Source: a virus
Lineage: Duplodnaviria; Caudoviricetes
Virus record (IMG/VR): IMGVR_UViG_3300027276_000193
Span: 3,323 to 67,322 of that record
DNA length: 64,000 nt
Strand: one strand, 5' to 3'
Shown: in pieces, positions 52,581 to 61,962 of the stretch
How positions within the stretch are numbered: the stretch's first letter is position 1
Layout: each line of letters begins with the position of its first letter
Position numbers and translations under genes: made by a program
Notes under the pieces: model-generated
Database searches by the model: none
Told to the model about the DNA's origin: nothing
The model's input: only the letters and a program-made list of their open reading frames with translations

Positions 52581-53651
52581 TTACTTTAGCACAGACTTTG
52601 CCTTGTTGTAATATCCAAGCCGCACAGTATAGCCGGAAGAACTGCCCTTGACTGTAGTTGTTACTTTTTTTACTGTAGCATCAGCTGACTTGTTATTATA
52701 ACTATCGATAATTTGGTTCAGGCCCTTACTCTTGCACCAAAACCACGCCGCACTAATGAATGGGTAGTTATCGGCAACGTATTTTGTTGCGTGTGCTGCG
52801 GGAGAGTAGATTTGAGAATCATTGATGAAATTCTTGAAGCTACTATAGTTATAATCGTGCGTTAGTTGCATAAACCCACCGCCACAATAAGGCGCATAGC
52901 TCGGACTGCCATTATACTGAGATTTGCTCCATCCTGCATGATAGGTATACTCAGTAAAGGTCTTTCCGAGATCCGTTTCTTTGCAACCCTGCGCAAGAAA
53001 ATGCCGAATGTGTATTTTTTCAGTAAAATCGAATCGGCTATCATTGATTGCAGCATTTAGAAGGGCAATATTTGCAGGACGAAGAATAAGTTTACCAGTA
53101 AAGCCAATGCGTGCGAGCTTACCAGCAGTCAAACAACAAGTTCCTTTGCCTGAGAACCACCCTGTATCGGACACATTGTCTTCCAACAGCGCAAATGTAA
53201 TCTGTCCAGCAAGCCCGTCAGCTGTAATTCCGTTGTTGGATTGATAAGTTTTGACTACGGACTTCAGAGAATCATCATAAGCGCCACTTGTTGCACAAGT
53301 ATATCCCTTATTGTTTAACAAGGATCTTAACGTAGTGACAGCAGTTCCCGTATCGCCAACTTTCAGATAGCCATCGCCATTTCTAATCGTTGACAAACTT
53401 GGAGCTGTAGTTGTGCCTGTACCACCAGAGGAACCACTCCCCCAATTCTCATTCGTTATGAATTCGCTCATTACATAGCCAACATTATTGACATTTCCAT
53501 CCCAGTATGTTTCATACCAGGTCGTATTATAAGCTTTGATCGGAATAGTAGCGTTGTTGTCAAAACGACCCCAATATTCATATCCTGCAATAGGCTGCTT
53601 GCGGCAAAACAACTTTCCGCCTGTAACTTGACCAGTTCCCCATTCGCTCAT
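52581..53651 (-). CDS. SH3-like + PG-binding_1 + GH19 lysozyme/chitinase-like hydrolase, no signal peptide
   Basis: LKVGDTGTAVTTLRSLL...VKTYQSNNGITADGLAG; HFLAQGCKET, GGGFMQLTHDYNY, SAAWFW, VTTTVKGSSSGYTVRLGYYNKAK. Confidence 0.85.
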   Translation of the reverse strand: MSEWGTGQVTGGKLFCRKQPIAGYEYWGRFDNNATIPIKAYNTTWYETYWDGNVNNVGYVMSEFITNENWGSGSSGGTGTTTAPSLSTIRNGDGYLKVGDTGTAVTTLRSLLNNKGYTCATSGAYDDSLKSVVKTYQSNNGITADGLAGQITFALLEDNVSDTGWFSGKGTCCLTAGKLARIGFTGKLILRPANIALLNAAINDSRFDFTEKIHIRHFLAQGCKETDLGKTFTEYTYHAGWSKSQYNGSPSYAPYCGGGFMQLTHDYNYSSFKNFINDSQIYSPAAHATKYVADNYPFISAAWFWCKSKGLNQIIDSYNNKSADATVKKVTTTVKGSSSGYTVRLGYYNKAKSVLK

Positions 53652-53684
53652 AATTGAAATCCTCCTGATTAAAATATTGATGTT

Positions 53685-53866
53685 TGTGCTTTATCGCTGG
53701 CCAGCTTCTGCACTTGATAGACAGAAAGGATAGAGAAACGCCTCGCAGGTTCATCGCCCGCGAGGCGTTCTCTATCCTTTCTTGTCGAGTGTATCATATC
53801 ATAAAGGGCCTACTGGAATCCACTGGAATTCACTGGAATCTACTGGAATCAGCTACCCAATTTCGG
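53685..53866 (-). promoter_or_regulatory. 182-bp repeat copy B: putative late promoter directly downstream of the RinA/ArpU-like gene
   Basis: Four 10-bp repeats (core ATTCCAGT on minus), TATGAT -10-like box, ~30-bp hairpin; overlaps the stop of the 53849-54265 gene. Confidence 0.7.
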
Positions 53867-54265
53867 GACGGCCACACAGCGGAGAGCCTTAGAGTGCACC
53901 TTGAACACATTGCTGACGGTACAGTGCATCTTGTCAGCGATCTCCTCCCAGCTGCGAAAGCAAATGTATCTGAGCTCCAGCAGTGTCTGGTATTCCGGAT
54001 TTTCCACCGCGTAGATCGTGTGCATGATCTCCTGCTTCTTGTCTATCAGCTGATCGATGTCCGCATTGATCTCCGTCTGCATATCCACCATCTTGGCGAT
54101 GGCATCCTCCATCGAATGAACGTTCCTTGTGTGGCTGACCACATCATCCTGCATGATGCTGGTGGTTTTGGTGGACATTTCCTTCAGCGTTGCCATCATA
54201 TCCAGTTTGGAATTAATCCGCTGGTCAAGATGAAACGCCTGATTCAGATATTCCTTTGCGGTCAT
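53849..54265 (-). CDS. DUF1492 / RinA-ArpU-like late transcriptional activator
   Basis: MTAKEYLNQAFHLDQRINSKL...YQTLLELRYICFRSWEEIADKMHCTVSNVFKVHSKAL. Confidence 0.85.
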   Translation of the reverse strand: MTAKEYLNQAFHLDQRINSKLDMMATLKEMSTKTTSIMQDDVVSHTRNVHSMEDAIAKMVDMQTEINADIDQLIDKKQEIMHTIYAVENPEYQTLLELRYICFRSWEEIADKMHCTVSNVFKVHSKALRCVAVPKLGS

Positions 54266-54480
54266 TTCACCGTCTCCTTTCTCAGTCTGTCTATCAAATA
54301 ATCCGGATCTACCTGTGTCAGTACCCCATACCAGGAAGAATGGAAGAATTCTTCCAACTCCATAGCCTCTTTCATGGCGGCTTTGTCATCCGGGTGCTTC
54401 TTCAGCCTGCGAAGTGCGTCCCGGTAATCCTTTACTGCCTGCTCAATGATGCCATTGGCCAGTGCCTGGTATCCGTTCAA
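54262..54480 (-). CDS. Conserved phage hypothetical protein
   Basis: YQALANGIIEQAVKDYR...EEFFHSSWYGVLT; coupled to neighbours. Confidence 0.75.
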   Translation of the reverse strand: MNGYQALANGIIEQAVKDYRDALRRLKKHPDDKAAMKEAMELEEFFHSSWYGVLTQVDPDYLIDRLRKETVK

Positions 54481-54701
54481 GGCATCACCGCCTTCGTTTT
54501 CTCTTCAAGGTAACCGTAAATGGCGATCAGGATGGTTGTAGCCAGCGGGTGATTACCCCATTTGGCGGCTATCGCGCCAATGTCCGCCGCAGCATCCATC
54601 CACCAATCCACAGCTGCATCAGTGCCGTTCGGTGGCGGCTGGCTGTGTGCTCCCAGATAGGTAGCGGCATCCAGCATGATTTTCAGTTCCGTATTTGTCA
54701 T
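54477..54701 (-). CDS. Hypothetical protein
   Basis: ATGA overlaps on both sides, RBS GGAGG. Confidence 0.65.
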   Translation of the reverse strand: MTNTELKIMLDAATYLGAHSQPPPNGTDAAVDWWMDAAADIGAIAAKWGNHPLATTILIAIYGYLEEKTKAVMP

Positions 54702-56056
54702 CGTGCGCCTCCCAGCTGTGCCTTTACCGCGTCGATGAGTGCAGACTGTGTTTTATCCTTCCGCTCCAGGGCCTGCATGATCTGTACGTCGATGGTGCCC
54801 TTTGTCATGATGTGGTGGATCACCACGGTGGAGGAAGTCTGCCCCTGCCGCCACAGCCGGGCATTGGTCTGCTGATACAGTTCCAGGCTCCATGTCAGGC
54901 CGAACCACACCAGAGTAGAGCCGCCTGCCTGCAGGTTCAGGCCGTGTCCGGCGGAGGCAGGATGGATGACCGCCAAGGGGATCCTTCCATTATTCCAGTC
55001 AGTGATGTCCTTGCTGGTGCAGATTTCTCTTGCCGCCGGGAACCGCTCCTGAATACGCTTCAGGTCATGCTTGAACCAGTAGGCCACCAGCAGCGGTTTG
55101 CCGTTCGCGCCTTCGATTAGATCCTCCAAGGCGTCCAGCTTCCGATCGTGAATCTGCACGGTATCCTTTTCCTCGGTGTACACAGCACCGTTGGCCATCT
55201 GACACAGCTTTCCGGACAGGGCAGCGGCGTTCACCGCATCGATTTCCTTACCCTTGACCTGAACGATCAGCTGTTCCTTCATCTGGTCATACACCTGCTG
55301 CTCATCATCACTCATGCCTACCAGCACGCGGTTCATAATGCACTCCGGCATCTTCAGGTGATCCGTCGCCCGCATGGAAATGGTGATGTCTCCGATCTTT
55401 CGGTAGATTTCATCTTCCGCGCCAAGCCGGGGCTTATATGAGAAGATCTGCTGCATGCTGCGCTTGTCGGGAACAAAGTAGGCTTCGCGGTACCGGGTGA
55501 TAAAACGTCCGAGCCGCTGGCCCATGTCCAGGAGCCGGAACTCTGCCCACAGATCCATCAGACCGTTGCTGCTGGGTGTACCCGTCAGGCCTACGATACG
55601 CTTCACGGATGGCCGCACCTTCAGGAGGCTCTTGAACCGTTTTGCCTGCCAGCTTTTAAAGGAAGACAGCTCGTCGATCACAATCATGTCATACCGGAAG
55701 GGCAAGCCGCTGTCTTCCACCAGCCACTGCACGTTTTCCCGGTTGATGATGTGCAGGAAGGCAGGCCGCATCAGCGCTGCCAGACGTTCCTTTTCGGTGC
55801 CGACCGCCACACTGTAGCTCAGATCCCGCAGGTGATCCCACTTTTGAATTTCCGCAGGCCATGTGTCCCTGGCCACCCGTAGCGGGGCGATCACCAGCAC
55901 CCGGCTGATCTCAAAAGCATCCAGGCACAGCTCCTGAATAGCAGTCAGCGTGATCACGCTCTTGCCAAGGCCCATATCCAGCAGGACGGCTGCTTCCGAG
56001 TGCGTCAGGATGAAATCCGTCGCATAAGCCTGATAATCATGGGGCACATATTTCAT
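54698..56056 (-). CDS. SNF2-family DEAD/DEAH helicase
   Basis: LDMGLGKS, VIDELS, LTGTP, HPASAGHGLNLQ, QQTNARLWRQGQ. Confidence 0.93.
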   Translation of the reverse strand: MKYVPHDYQAYATDFILTHSEAAVLLDMGLGKSVITLTAIQELCLDAFEISRVLVIAPLRVARDTWPAEIQKWDHLRDLSYSVAVGTEKERLAALMRPAFLHIINRENVQWLVEDSGLPFRYDMIVIDELSSFKSWQAKRFKSLLKVRPSVKRIVGLTGTPSSNGLMDLWAEFRLLDMGQRLGRFITRYREAYFVPDKRSMQQIFSYKPRLGAEDEIYRKIGDITISMRATDHLKMPECIMNRVLVGMSDDEQQVYDQMKEQLIVQVKGKEIDAVNAAALSGKLCQMANGAVYTEEKDTVQIHDRKLDALEDLIEGANGKPLLVAYWFKHDLKRIQERFPAAREICTSKDITDWNNGRIPLAVIHPASAGHGLNLQAGGSTLVWFGLTWSLELYQQTNARLWRQGQTSSTVVIHHIMTKGTIDVQIMQALERKDKTQSALIDAVKAQLGGAR

Positions 56057-56318
56057 CCAGCACACCTCCGATCTGCTCAGGATGGTCTATGCAGTACACC
56101 GGAAACCCAAGCGACTCCAGCTGCCTTTTCCGCTTTACCTGCAGTGGGCGTGGGTGTTTTCCTGGAGCTTTCAGTTCCACAAACGCGACGCAGCGATTGG
56201 GCATCAGTACAATTCGGTCGGGAACACCGGCGAGGCCGGGACTGACAAACTTCAGTGCCAGACCGCCTCGATCCCGGACTGCCTTTCGCAGCGCCTGCTC
56301 CACTTGTTTTTCAATCAT
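56037..56318 (-). CDS. VRR-NUC domain protein
   Basis: LKFVSPGLAGVPDRIV...FVELKAPG. Confidence 0.92.
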   Translation of the reverse strand: MIEKQVEQALRKAVRDRGGLALKFVSPGLAGVPDRIVLMPNRCVAFVELKAPGKHPRPLQVKRKRQLESLGFPVYCIDHPEQIGGVLDEICAP

Positions 56319-56477
56319 GGACTCGAACTCCTTTGCATCAGTGAGTATCGCCTAATGTGTGACGGTCGTTGACGGTCGTTCCCAAAACTTCTCTATAGGC
56401 CAATTTCCCTTGATTTTTTACCTATACAACAGTTTTGGAATTGACCATCAACGAGTGTCACACTTCCTATTAATATG

Positions 56478-58778
56478 TCATTCCAAAAAGTCGTCGGTCA
56501 CATCGGCCTTCGTGCCCAGCGCCAGCCCGGTTACGAAGGACCCGTTCCGCAATTTCTGACGCGTGAAGCCCTCGTTCTCCAGGGCATTGTAGAAATCCGT
56601 CGTGGAGCGGGTGTACTCGCCTGTGTCCGCGCAGAAGGTGCGGTAGGCGGAGTAGAGCTCGCCGGATTTGACCTGCAGGCTGTTGCCGATCTCGCAGCGC
56701 TCATTCAGGAAATGACCCAGCCAGTCATTGTCCTCACGGTATTGCTTGATGGCCCGTTGGACACATTCTGGCAGAGGAATCTTGAAGTCATGCTTAATGA
56801 CATCCGCTGCGCCCTCAATTACCCAGGAGAGGATCGCGCCGCCAGCATTTCTGAACAGGTAATCGCTGTAGTTTTTGATGTCGCTCTTGCCTTCGATCTT
56901 CGCATCAAAGGGAATCACGATCAGCCGTCGCCAGATTCCGGCATCCTTGGCACCGACCTTGGGCAGATGGTTGGTATAGAGCACGACGGTATGGCTGGGC
57001 GTATAGGCAAAGGGATCCTTATACTTTTTCTCCGCCGACACATCGTCCGTGGAGCACAGCTGCTTTACGATGGAGGTGTTCAAGCGGGTACCCTCCTCAA
57101 GCTCGGAGGCAATCAGCATGCGCTTACCCTTGGCCTCCGCCAGCTCCGGACGCACGTTCCGCTTGCAGCCAACGGTCAGAGCATCGGCGGAAATATTGCC
57201 GCTGTAGGTGCCGAGCACATGAGCCAGGGTATTCCAGAAAGTGGATTTACCGTTGCGGCCATCGCCATAGGCAATAATGAGCGCTTCCACAAACACTTTT
57301 CCCACGGCAATCATTCCGGCAACCTGCTGCACGTAGTGAATCAGCTCCTTGTCGCCGCAGAAGAACAGGTTTAGGGCATCCTGCCACAGGGCTTTCCCTT
57401 CTTCGCCCGGCTGCACGGCGGTCATCTTCGTGACAAAGTGATCCGCGCTGTGCGGCATCGCGCCAGCCAGGCCGAGCCGCAGGTCATACGCGCATTCCGG
57501 TGTATTCAGCAGGAAGGGATCAGCGTCCAGATCCTGGGGCCGGATCAGCACCATTGGCTGCACCTCCGCCAGAACAGCCTTGATGTTTTTGGACTGGCGG
57601 TAATTCATGGCCGTGGACTGGTACCCGATGGCCCGCATATAGGTCAGGTACGCCTGCAGCTGATCGTCGTTCATGTCGCTCTGGGCCTTCTTCTTGCTTT
57701 CCCTGTTCATCAGGTCGGCAGCGCCGTTCTGCTCCAGAATCTTGTAGGCCTCCGTCGCGGCAGTGGACGCTTCCTCCAGCTGCATATCGGAGAGATCATG
57801 CATGATGGCATGGGCGCGGGGCTTTGATTCCTCCCAGATATCGCCGTTGTACACGATGAAATCCGTTGCCGGTGAATAGCGCATCTGACCGGAGAAAACC
57901 TCTGCCAGCACACGCGCCTCCGCCACATCGGAATTGTCGCTGGGCCTGTACAGGAAATCGCCGTGTCGGGCAGCGTATTCCTCGGGAGACACATAGTCCT
58001 CACTCTGGGAGATCTTCCGGTAAAACCGTACAGCGCTGTGCCAGATCGTATCCAGCTCGCGCTGCTCTAGAGGCGGCACACAGGACGCGGCCTTCTCCAG
58101 AAACTTCTGCCGGGCCTCTTCCGTTTCACCCAGACGCTTGAGCAGCTTCCCGGCAAAGTGGGACATGGTCGCGTTTCTGCTTCCTTCGGGAATGATGCCG
58201 CTGGCATCCGGCAGAGGCAGGTTGGCGAAGGCCTCCTCGTTATCCGGGTAATACAGATCCAGGCATTCGTTCAGGGTGATGGTGCCTTCATGGAACTGTA
58301 CCTGCGGATCCTTGGTGCCATAAAAGAAGCGGGCCGCATCCAGCGCCTTCGTGTCGAAATACGGGAAGATGCTGTTGATTTGCTTTTTCAGATTCTTATA
58401 GGTTTCCGGATCGGTCATCTCATCAATCAGGAAAAAGCAATGGAACCTGGGCCGGGCGCTCTTGCCCTCCTTGGGCAGGTTGTGGTGACGGCTGAAGTGG
58501 AAGCCGACCGTGACGTCCGGGAACAGGCTGAGAATCTTCTCCGGGGAAACCCACTCCTCAGGGTTCTCGCTGTGCCCGTTATCACAATCCAGCGCCAGGC
58601 AGTTGGTGCGAATGAAGTTCTCGTTGGAACGATAGCCATTGGCGTATTCAACCGCCACATAATCCTGGCACACGGCCTGCCGGAGAGATTCCTCGTCTCC
58701 GGCACAGACCTTGTGCGGATAAAGGCAGTTCCACTCATTGCCAATACAGTTGGCTCGATAAAGATTGAAAGCTGCCAT
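56478..58778 (-). CDS. Primase/helicase (PriCT + D5_N + P4-family SF3 helicase)
   Basis: EGSRNATM PriCT; LDADPFLLNTP; YGDGRNGKST Walker A; WRRLIVIPF. Confidence 0.93.
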   Translation of the reverse strand: MAAFNLYRANCIGNEWNCLYPHKVCAGDEESLRQAVCQDYVAVEYANGYRSNENFIRTNCLALDCDNGHSENPEEWVSPEKILSLFPDVTVGFHFSRHHNLPKEGKSARPRFHCFFLIDEMTDPETYKNLKKQINSIFPYFDTKALDAARFFYGTKDPQVQFHEGTITLNECLDLYYPDNEEAFANLPLPDASGIIPEGSRNATMSHFAGKLLKRLGETEEARQKFLEKAASCVPPLEQRELDTIWHSAVRFYRKISQSEDYVSPEEYAARHGDFLYRPSDNSDVAEARVLAEVFSGQMRYSPATDFIVYNGDIWEESKPRAHAIMHDLSDMQLEEASTAATEAYKILEQNGAADLMNRESKKKAQSDMNDDQLQAYLTYMRAIGYQSTAMNYRQSKNIKAVLAEVQPMVLIRPQDLDADPFLLNTPECAYDLRLGLAGAMPHSADHFVTKMTAVQPGEEGKALWQDALNLFFCGDKELIHYVQQVAGMIAVGKVFVEALIIAYGDGRNGKSTFWNTLAHVLGTYSGNISADALTVGCKRNVRPELAEAKGKRMLIASELEEGTRLNTSIVKQLCSTDDVSAEKKYKDPFAYTPSHTVVLYTNHLPKVGAKDAGIWRRLIVIPFDAKIEGKSDIKNYSDYLFRNAGGAILSWVIEGAADVIKHDFKIPLPECVQRAIKQYREDNDWLGHFLNERCEIGNSLQVKSGELYSAYRTFCADTGEYTRSTTDFYNALENEGFTRQKLRNGSFVTGLALGTKADVTDDFLE

Positions 58779-58783
58779 TCGGA

Positions 58784-59134
58784 TCAGGCCTCCATTTCAG
58801 ACTGGGTCTCCAGCACGGACAGCATCCAGCGCAGTGCTTCCTTCATGGTTTCAAGCTCCGCGTCGCCGCCCAGGAAGATTTCGATGGAATCGCATCCAAA
58901 CTGATCCGCTTCCACATTGCAGCGGATATCGGTACTGCCCAGATCCTTCAGGCGCAGATAGGTGCGGGAGCCGTGACCGGAATCGCCGCCCTGATAGCCG
59001 TTGGTACCGGCTTCTACTTCGAGGATATTGCAGTTGACGATCTCCCGGCTCCATGTGGTGACCTTGGAGCGGTCGATGGCGCGGATACGCTTCTTGGCGG
59101 GATAAGAATTACCGTCGGACTCGGTGTAATACAT
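58784..59134 (-). CDS. Conserved phage hypothetical protein
   Basis: LEVEAGTNGYQGGDSGHGSRTYLRL motif. Confidence 0.7.
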   Translation of the reverse strand: MYYTESDGNSYPAKKRIRAIDRSKVTTWSREIVNCNILEVEAGTNGYQGGDSGHGSRTYLRLKDLGSTDIRCNVEADQFGCDSIEIFLGGDAELETMKEALRWMLSVLETQSEMEA

Positions 59135-59135
59135 A

Positions 59136-59558
59136 TCAGTTGACCTCCTTGCAATCGTCGGTAAAGAAACGGACTGTCTGGCCCTTGCGGCGTGCTCTGG
59201 CAATCTCAATGGACATTCCCTTGGAAATGCGGTCGCCGAAAGCCCAGAGCTCCGCGCATTTCGTCAGGAGGATGATGTTCATTCGCATGGCCAGATTCCG
59301 CTCGGCTTCGTTGCTGTCGTCCATAAACTGTGGGAACAGCAGGTGCGGCGTAATCGGAAGGTATCCCTGATCCACCGCAAACCGGCTGTATCTGCGGGCA
59401 TTTTCCAGATTGGTTTCGGTGTCTCCGGAAAAGGGACTGCAGATGTAGACAATGGGACGGAACCGGGAATCATGAAGCTCCTGTTCCACCCGCGTCAGCG
59501 CCTCATAGGCTGTGGGATCGGGATACCCGGACGCGTTGAATCGGTTGATGTGGCTCAT
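59136..59558 (-). CDS. DUF4406-like (nucleoside deoxyribosyltransferase-fold) protein
   Basis: NASGYPDPTAYEAL...VYICSPFSGD...PITPHLLFPQF...CAELWAFG..SKGMSIEI. Confidence 0.8.
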   Translation of the reverse strand: MSHINRFNASGYPDPTAYEALTRVEQELHDSRFRPIVYICSPFSGDTETNLENARRYSRFAVDQGYLPITPHLLFPQFMDDSNEAERNLAMRMNIILLTKCAELWAFGDRISKGMSIEIARARRKGQTVRFFTDDCKEVN

Positions 59559-59618
59559 GTGACCGTGGCATAGCTTTTCATGCGATGCGCCTCCTTCATA
59601 AAGATTGGGCTTCCGATA

Positions 59619-59733
59619 CCCACAGGACAAAATGGCTCGGTTTGGCAACCGGGCCGTGATTTTTTATGGAAAGAATTTTCTTCGAGATTTTTTCGGCGTC
59701 TGGTTGCCAAAGAACCGGTTTTTGTCCTGTGGG
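59619..59733. promoter_or_regulatory. Back-to-back inverted pair of the 32-bp motif at the divergence point of the replication arms
   Basis: CCCACAGGACAAAA-N8-TTTGGCAACC (59619-59650) and its reverse complement (59702-59733). Confidence 0.75.
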
Positions 59734-59782
59734 TTGCGAAGGGACACGAAACACCCCCTTCGGAAAGTGAGGTGCAGGATAA

Positions 59783-59989
59783 ATGCAGGAACACTATGAC
59801 AACCCTGGAACCGGTGCCACCGTCGAGAGCACACTGGACGAGCTCTTCGGAACGCTGTGGGCGATCTCCGTGATCACCCGACGCATGGCTGGCCAGATCA
59901 ACGCAATGAGGCAAAAGAAAGGAGAACCGAAGCATGAGCAAAATGTCGGAACTGTCCACCGCCGTCGCAGAGCTGCACAAATGTGGTGA
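59783..59989 (+). CDS. Small hypothetical protein
   Basis: LDELFGTLWAISVITRRMAGQI; RBS GAGG. Confidence 0.5.
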   Translation: MQEHYDNPGTGATVESTLDELFGTLWAISVITRRMAGQINAMRQKKGEPKHEQNVGTVHRRRRAAQMW

Positions 59990-60254
59990 GGCCCTGATCG
60001 AGATCAGCCAGACCCTGCGGGAAATCTTCAGCGGCGACGAACCCGTGAACGAGAAGCCCGCTGCGCAGCCTCAGCAGGAACCCGCCCAGCCGACCGTTAC
60101 ATTGGAAGAAGTCCGGGCGGTGCTGGCTGAAAAGTCCGTCGCCGGGCATCGCGCTGAGGTGCAGGCGCTGATCCGGAAATGCGGCGTGGACAAGCTGAGC
60201 GCCGTTGATCCTAGCCGGTACGCTGACCTGAAGGCAAAGGCGGAGGTGTTGTAA
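59934..60254 (+). CDS. Conserved phage protein preceding DUF2800
   Basis: TLEEVRAVLAEKS...VQALIRKCGVDKLSAVDPSRYADL; RBS AAAGGAG. Confidence 0.8.
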   Translation: MSKMSELSTAVAELHKCGEALIEISQTLREIFSGDEPVNEKPAAQPQQEPAQPTVTLEEVRAVLAEKSVAGHRAEVQALIRKCGVDKLSAVDPSRYADLKAKAEVL

Positions 60255-61390
60255 TGGCACCGCGAACACACGCAATCCTGTCCGCTTCGTCGGCGCACCG
60301 TTGGCTGAACTGCAGCCCCAGTGCCCGGTTGGAGCAGGACTTTGCGGATCGGGAAACGGAAGCCGCAGCCGAAGGCACAGCCGCCCATGCACTGGCTGAG
60401 CATAAGCTGCGGAAGGCGCTGAAGCTCCAGACAAAAAAGCCCATCTCCACTTATGACAGTGATGAGATGGACGGGCATACGGACGGATACGTCCAGTATG
60501 TGCTGGAAACCTTGGTGGAGGCGAAGAAGCGCTGCCCGGACGCGATCCTGCTGATCGAGCAGCGATTGGATTTCTCCTGCTGGGTGCCCGATGGCTTTGG
60601 CACCGGGGATGCCCTGATTGTGGCCGATGACGAGCTCTATATCATCGATCTGAAATATGGTCAGGGCATCGTTGTTGAGGCGGAGCACAATCCGCAGATG
60701 ATGCTGTATGCCCTGGGTGCACTAACCATCTTTGATGGGCTCTACGACATCCGCACGGTCAGTATGACGATCTACCAGCCTCGTCGGGAGAACATTTCCA
60801 CCTGGTCGATCTCCGTGGCGAACCTGAAGGATTGGGCAGAAAACACACTGAAGCCCCTGGCGGCCCTGGCCTTTCAGGGCAAGGGTAACTACCATCCCGG
60901 CACATGGTGTGTCTTCTGCAAGGCGGCGGTGCGCTGCCGGGCCAGAGCAGAAGCGAATCTGGAACTGGCAAAGCTGGACTTCGCCCTGCCACCGCTGCTT
61001 ACCGATGCGGAAATCGGCGAGGTGCTGGGCAAGCTGGATGACCTGATCAAATGGGCAGACGAGCTCAAGACCTATGCGCTGGACGGAGCGCTGCATCAAG
61101 GTAAGCAGTGGCCCGGCTGGAAGCTGGTCGAGGGCCGCAGCGTCCGCAAGTACACCGATGAGGATGCCGTGATAGCTGCTGCCAACGCGGCGGGCTATAA
61201 GGACATCTTCAGAAAAACACTCCTGCCCATCGGAGAGATGGAAAAGCTCATGGGCAAGCAGACCTTTGCCGAGGTGCTAGGCTCCTGTGTCCATAAGCCT
61301 GCAGGAAAGCCAACACTGGTCCCTGAGTCGGACAAGCGCCCGGCTCTGAATAACGTCAAAACCGATTTCAATGAATTTCAGGAGGGTTGA
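60254..61390 (+). CDS. DUF2800 family PD-(D/E)xK nuclease (Cas4-like fold)
   Basis: HAILSASSAHRWLNC...EQRLDFS..VPDGFGTGD...IDLKYG...WCVFCKA. Confidence 0.9.
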   Translation: MAPRTHAILSASSAHRWLNCSPSARLEQDFADRETEAAAEGTAAHALAEHKLRKALKLQTKKPISTYDSDEMDGHTDGYVQYVLETLVEAKKRCPDAILLIEQRLDFSCWVPDGFGTGDALIVADDELYIIDLKYGQGIVVEAEHNPQMMLYALGALTIFDGLYDIRTVSMTIYQPRRENISTWSISVANLKDWAENTLKPLAALAFQGKGNYHPGTWCVFCKAAVRCRARAEANLELAKLDFALPPLLTDAEIGEVLGKLDDLIKWADELKTYALDGALHQGKQWPGWKLVEGRSVRKYTDEDAVIAAANAAGYKDIFRKTLLPIGEMEKLMGKQTFAEVLGSCVHKPAGKPTLVPESDKRPALNNVKTDFNEFQEG

Positions 61391-61395
61391 AAAAT

Positions 61396-61950
61396 ATGGC
61401 TAAGCAGAATAACACCAAAGTCGTCACCGGTATCGTCCGTCTGTCCTACGCGAACATCTGGGACCCGAAGGCTCCCGTCAGCGGCGGTGATCCCCGCTAC
61501 AGCTGCTCCTTGATCATCCCCAAGAGCGACACCGAAACCGTGGATGCCATCAACCGCGCCATCGACTGCGCGATCCAGGAGGGCATCGGCAAGTTCGGCG
61601 GGAAGATCCCGAATAAGGCCGCGCTGAAGCTGCCCCTGCGGGACGGCGACCTGGAGCGCGAGGATGACGCCTACAAGGGCTGCTGGTTCATCAACGCCAA
61701 CAGCAAGACCGCGCCTCAGGTGGTTGACCGCCATGTGCAGCCGATCATCGACCGCAGCGAGATCTACAGCGGTGTATACGCCAGGGTCTCCATCAGCCTG
61801 TACGCCTTCTCTGTGAACGGGAACAAGGGCGTAGCTTGTGGCCTTGGCAACATCCAGAAGATCCGCGACGGCGAGCCCCTCGGCGGGCACACCAACGCCA
61901 GCAACGACTTTGATGCCGTAGACGATGGCGACGAGGATTTCCTGAACTAA
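61396..61950 (+). CDS. DUF2815 family ssDNA-binding protein
   Basis: RLSYANIW...YSCSLIIPK...LPLRDGD...YSGVYARVS...NKGVACGLGNIQKIRDGEPLGG; acidic tail. Confidence 0.92.
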   Translation: MAKQNNTKVVTGIVRLSYANIWDPKAPVSGGDPRYSCSLIIPKSDTETVDAINRAIDCAIQEGIGKFGGKIPNKAALKLPLRDGDLEREDDAYKGCWFINANSKTAPQVVDRHVQPIIDRSEIYSGVYARVSISLYAFSVNGNKGVACGLGNIQKIRDGEPLGGHTNASNDFDAVDDGDEDFLN

Positions 61951-61962
61951 TCCGGAAAAGTC

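Noticed and set aside
60254-61390. Cas4-like nuclease as evidence of a CRISPR system
   Set aside because: DUF2800 is a standard partner of DUF2815 and PolA in phage replication modules
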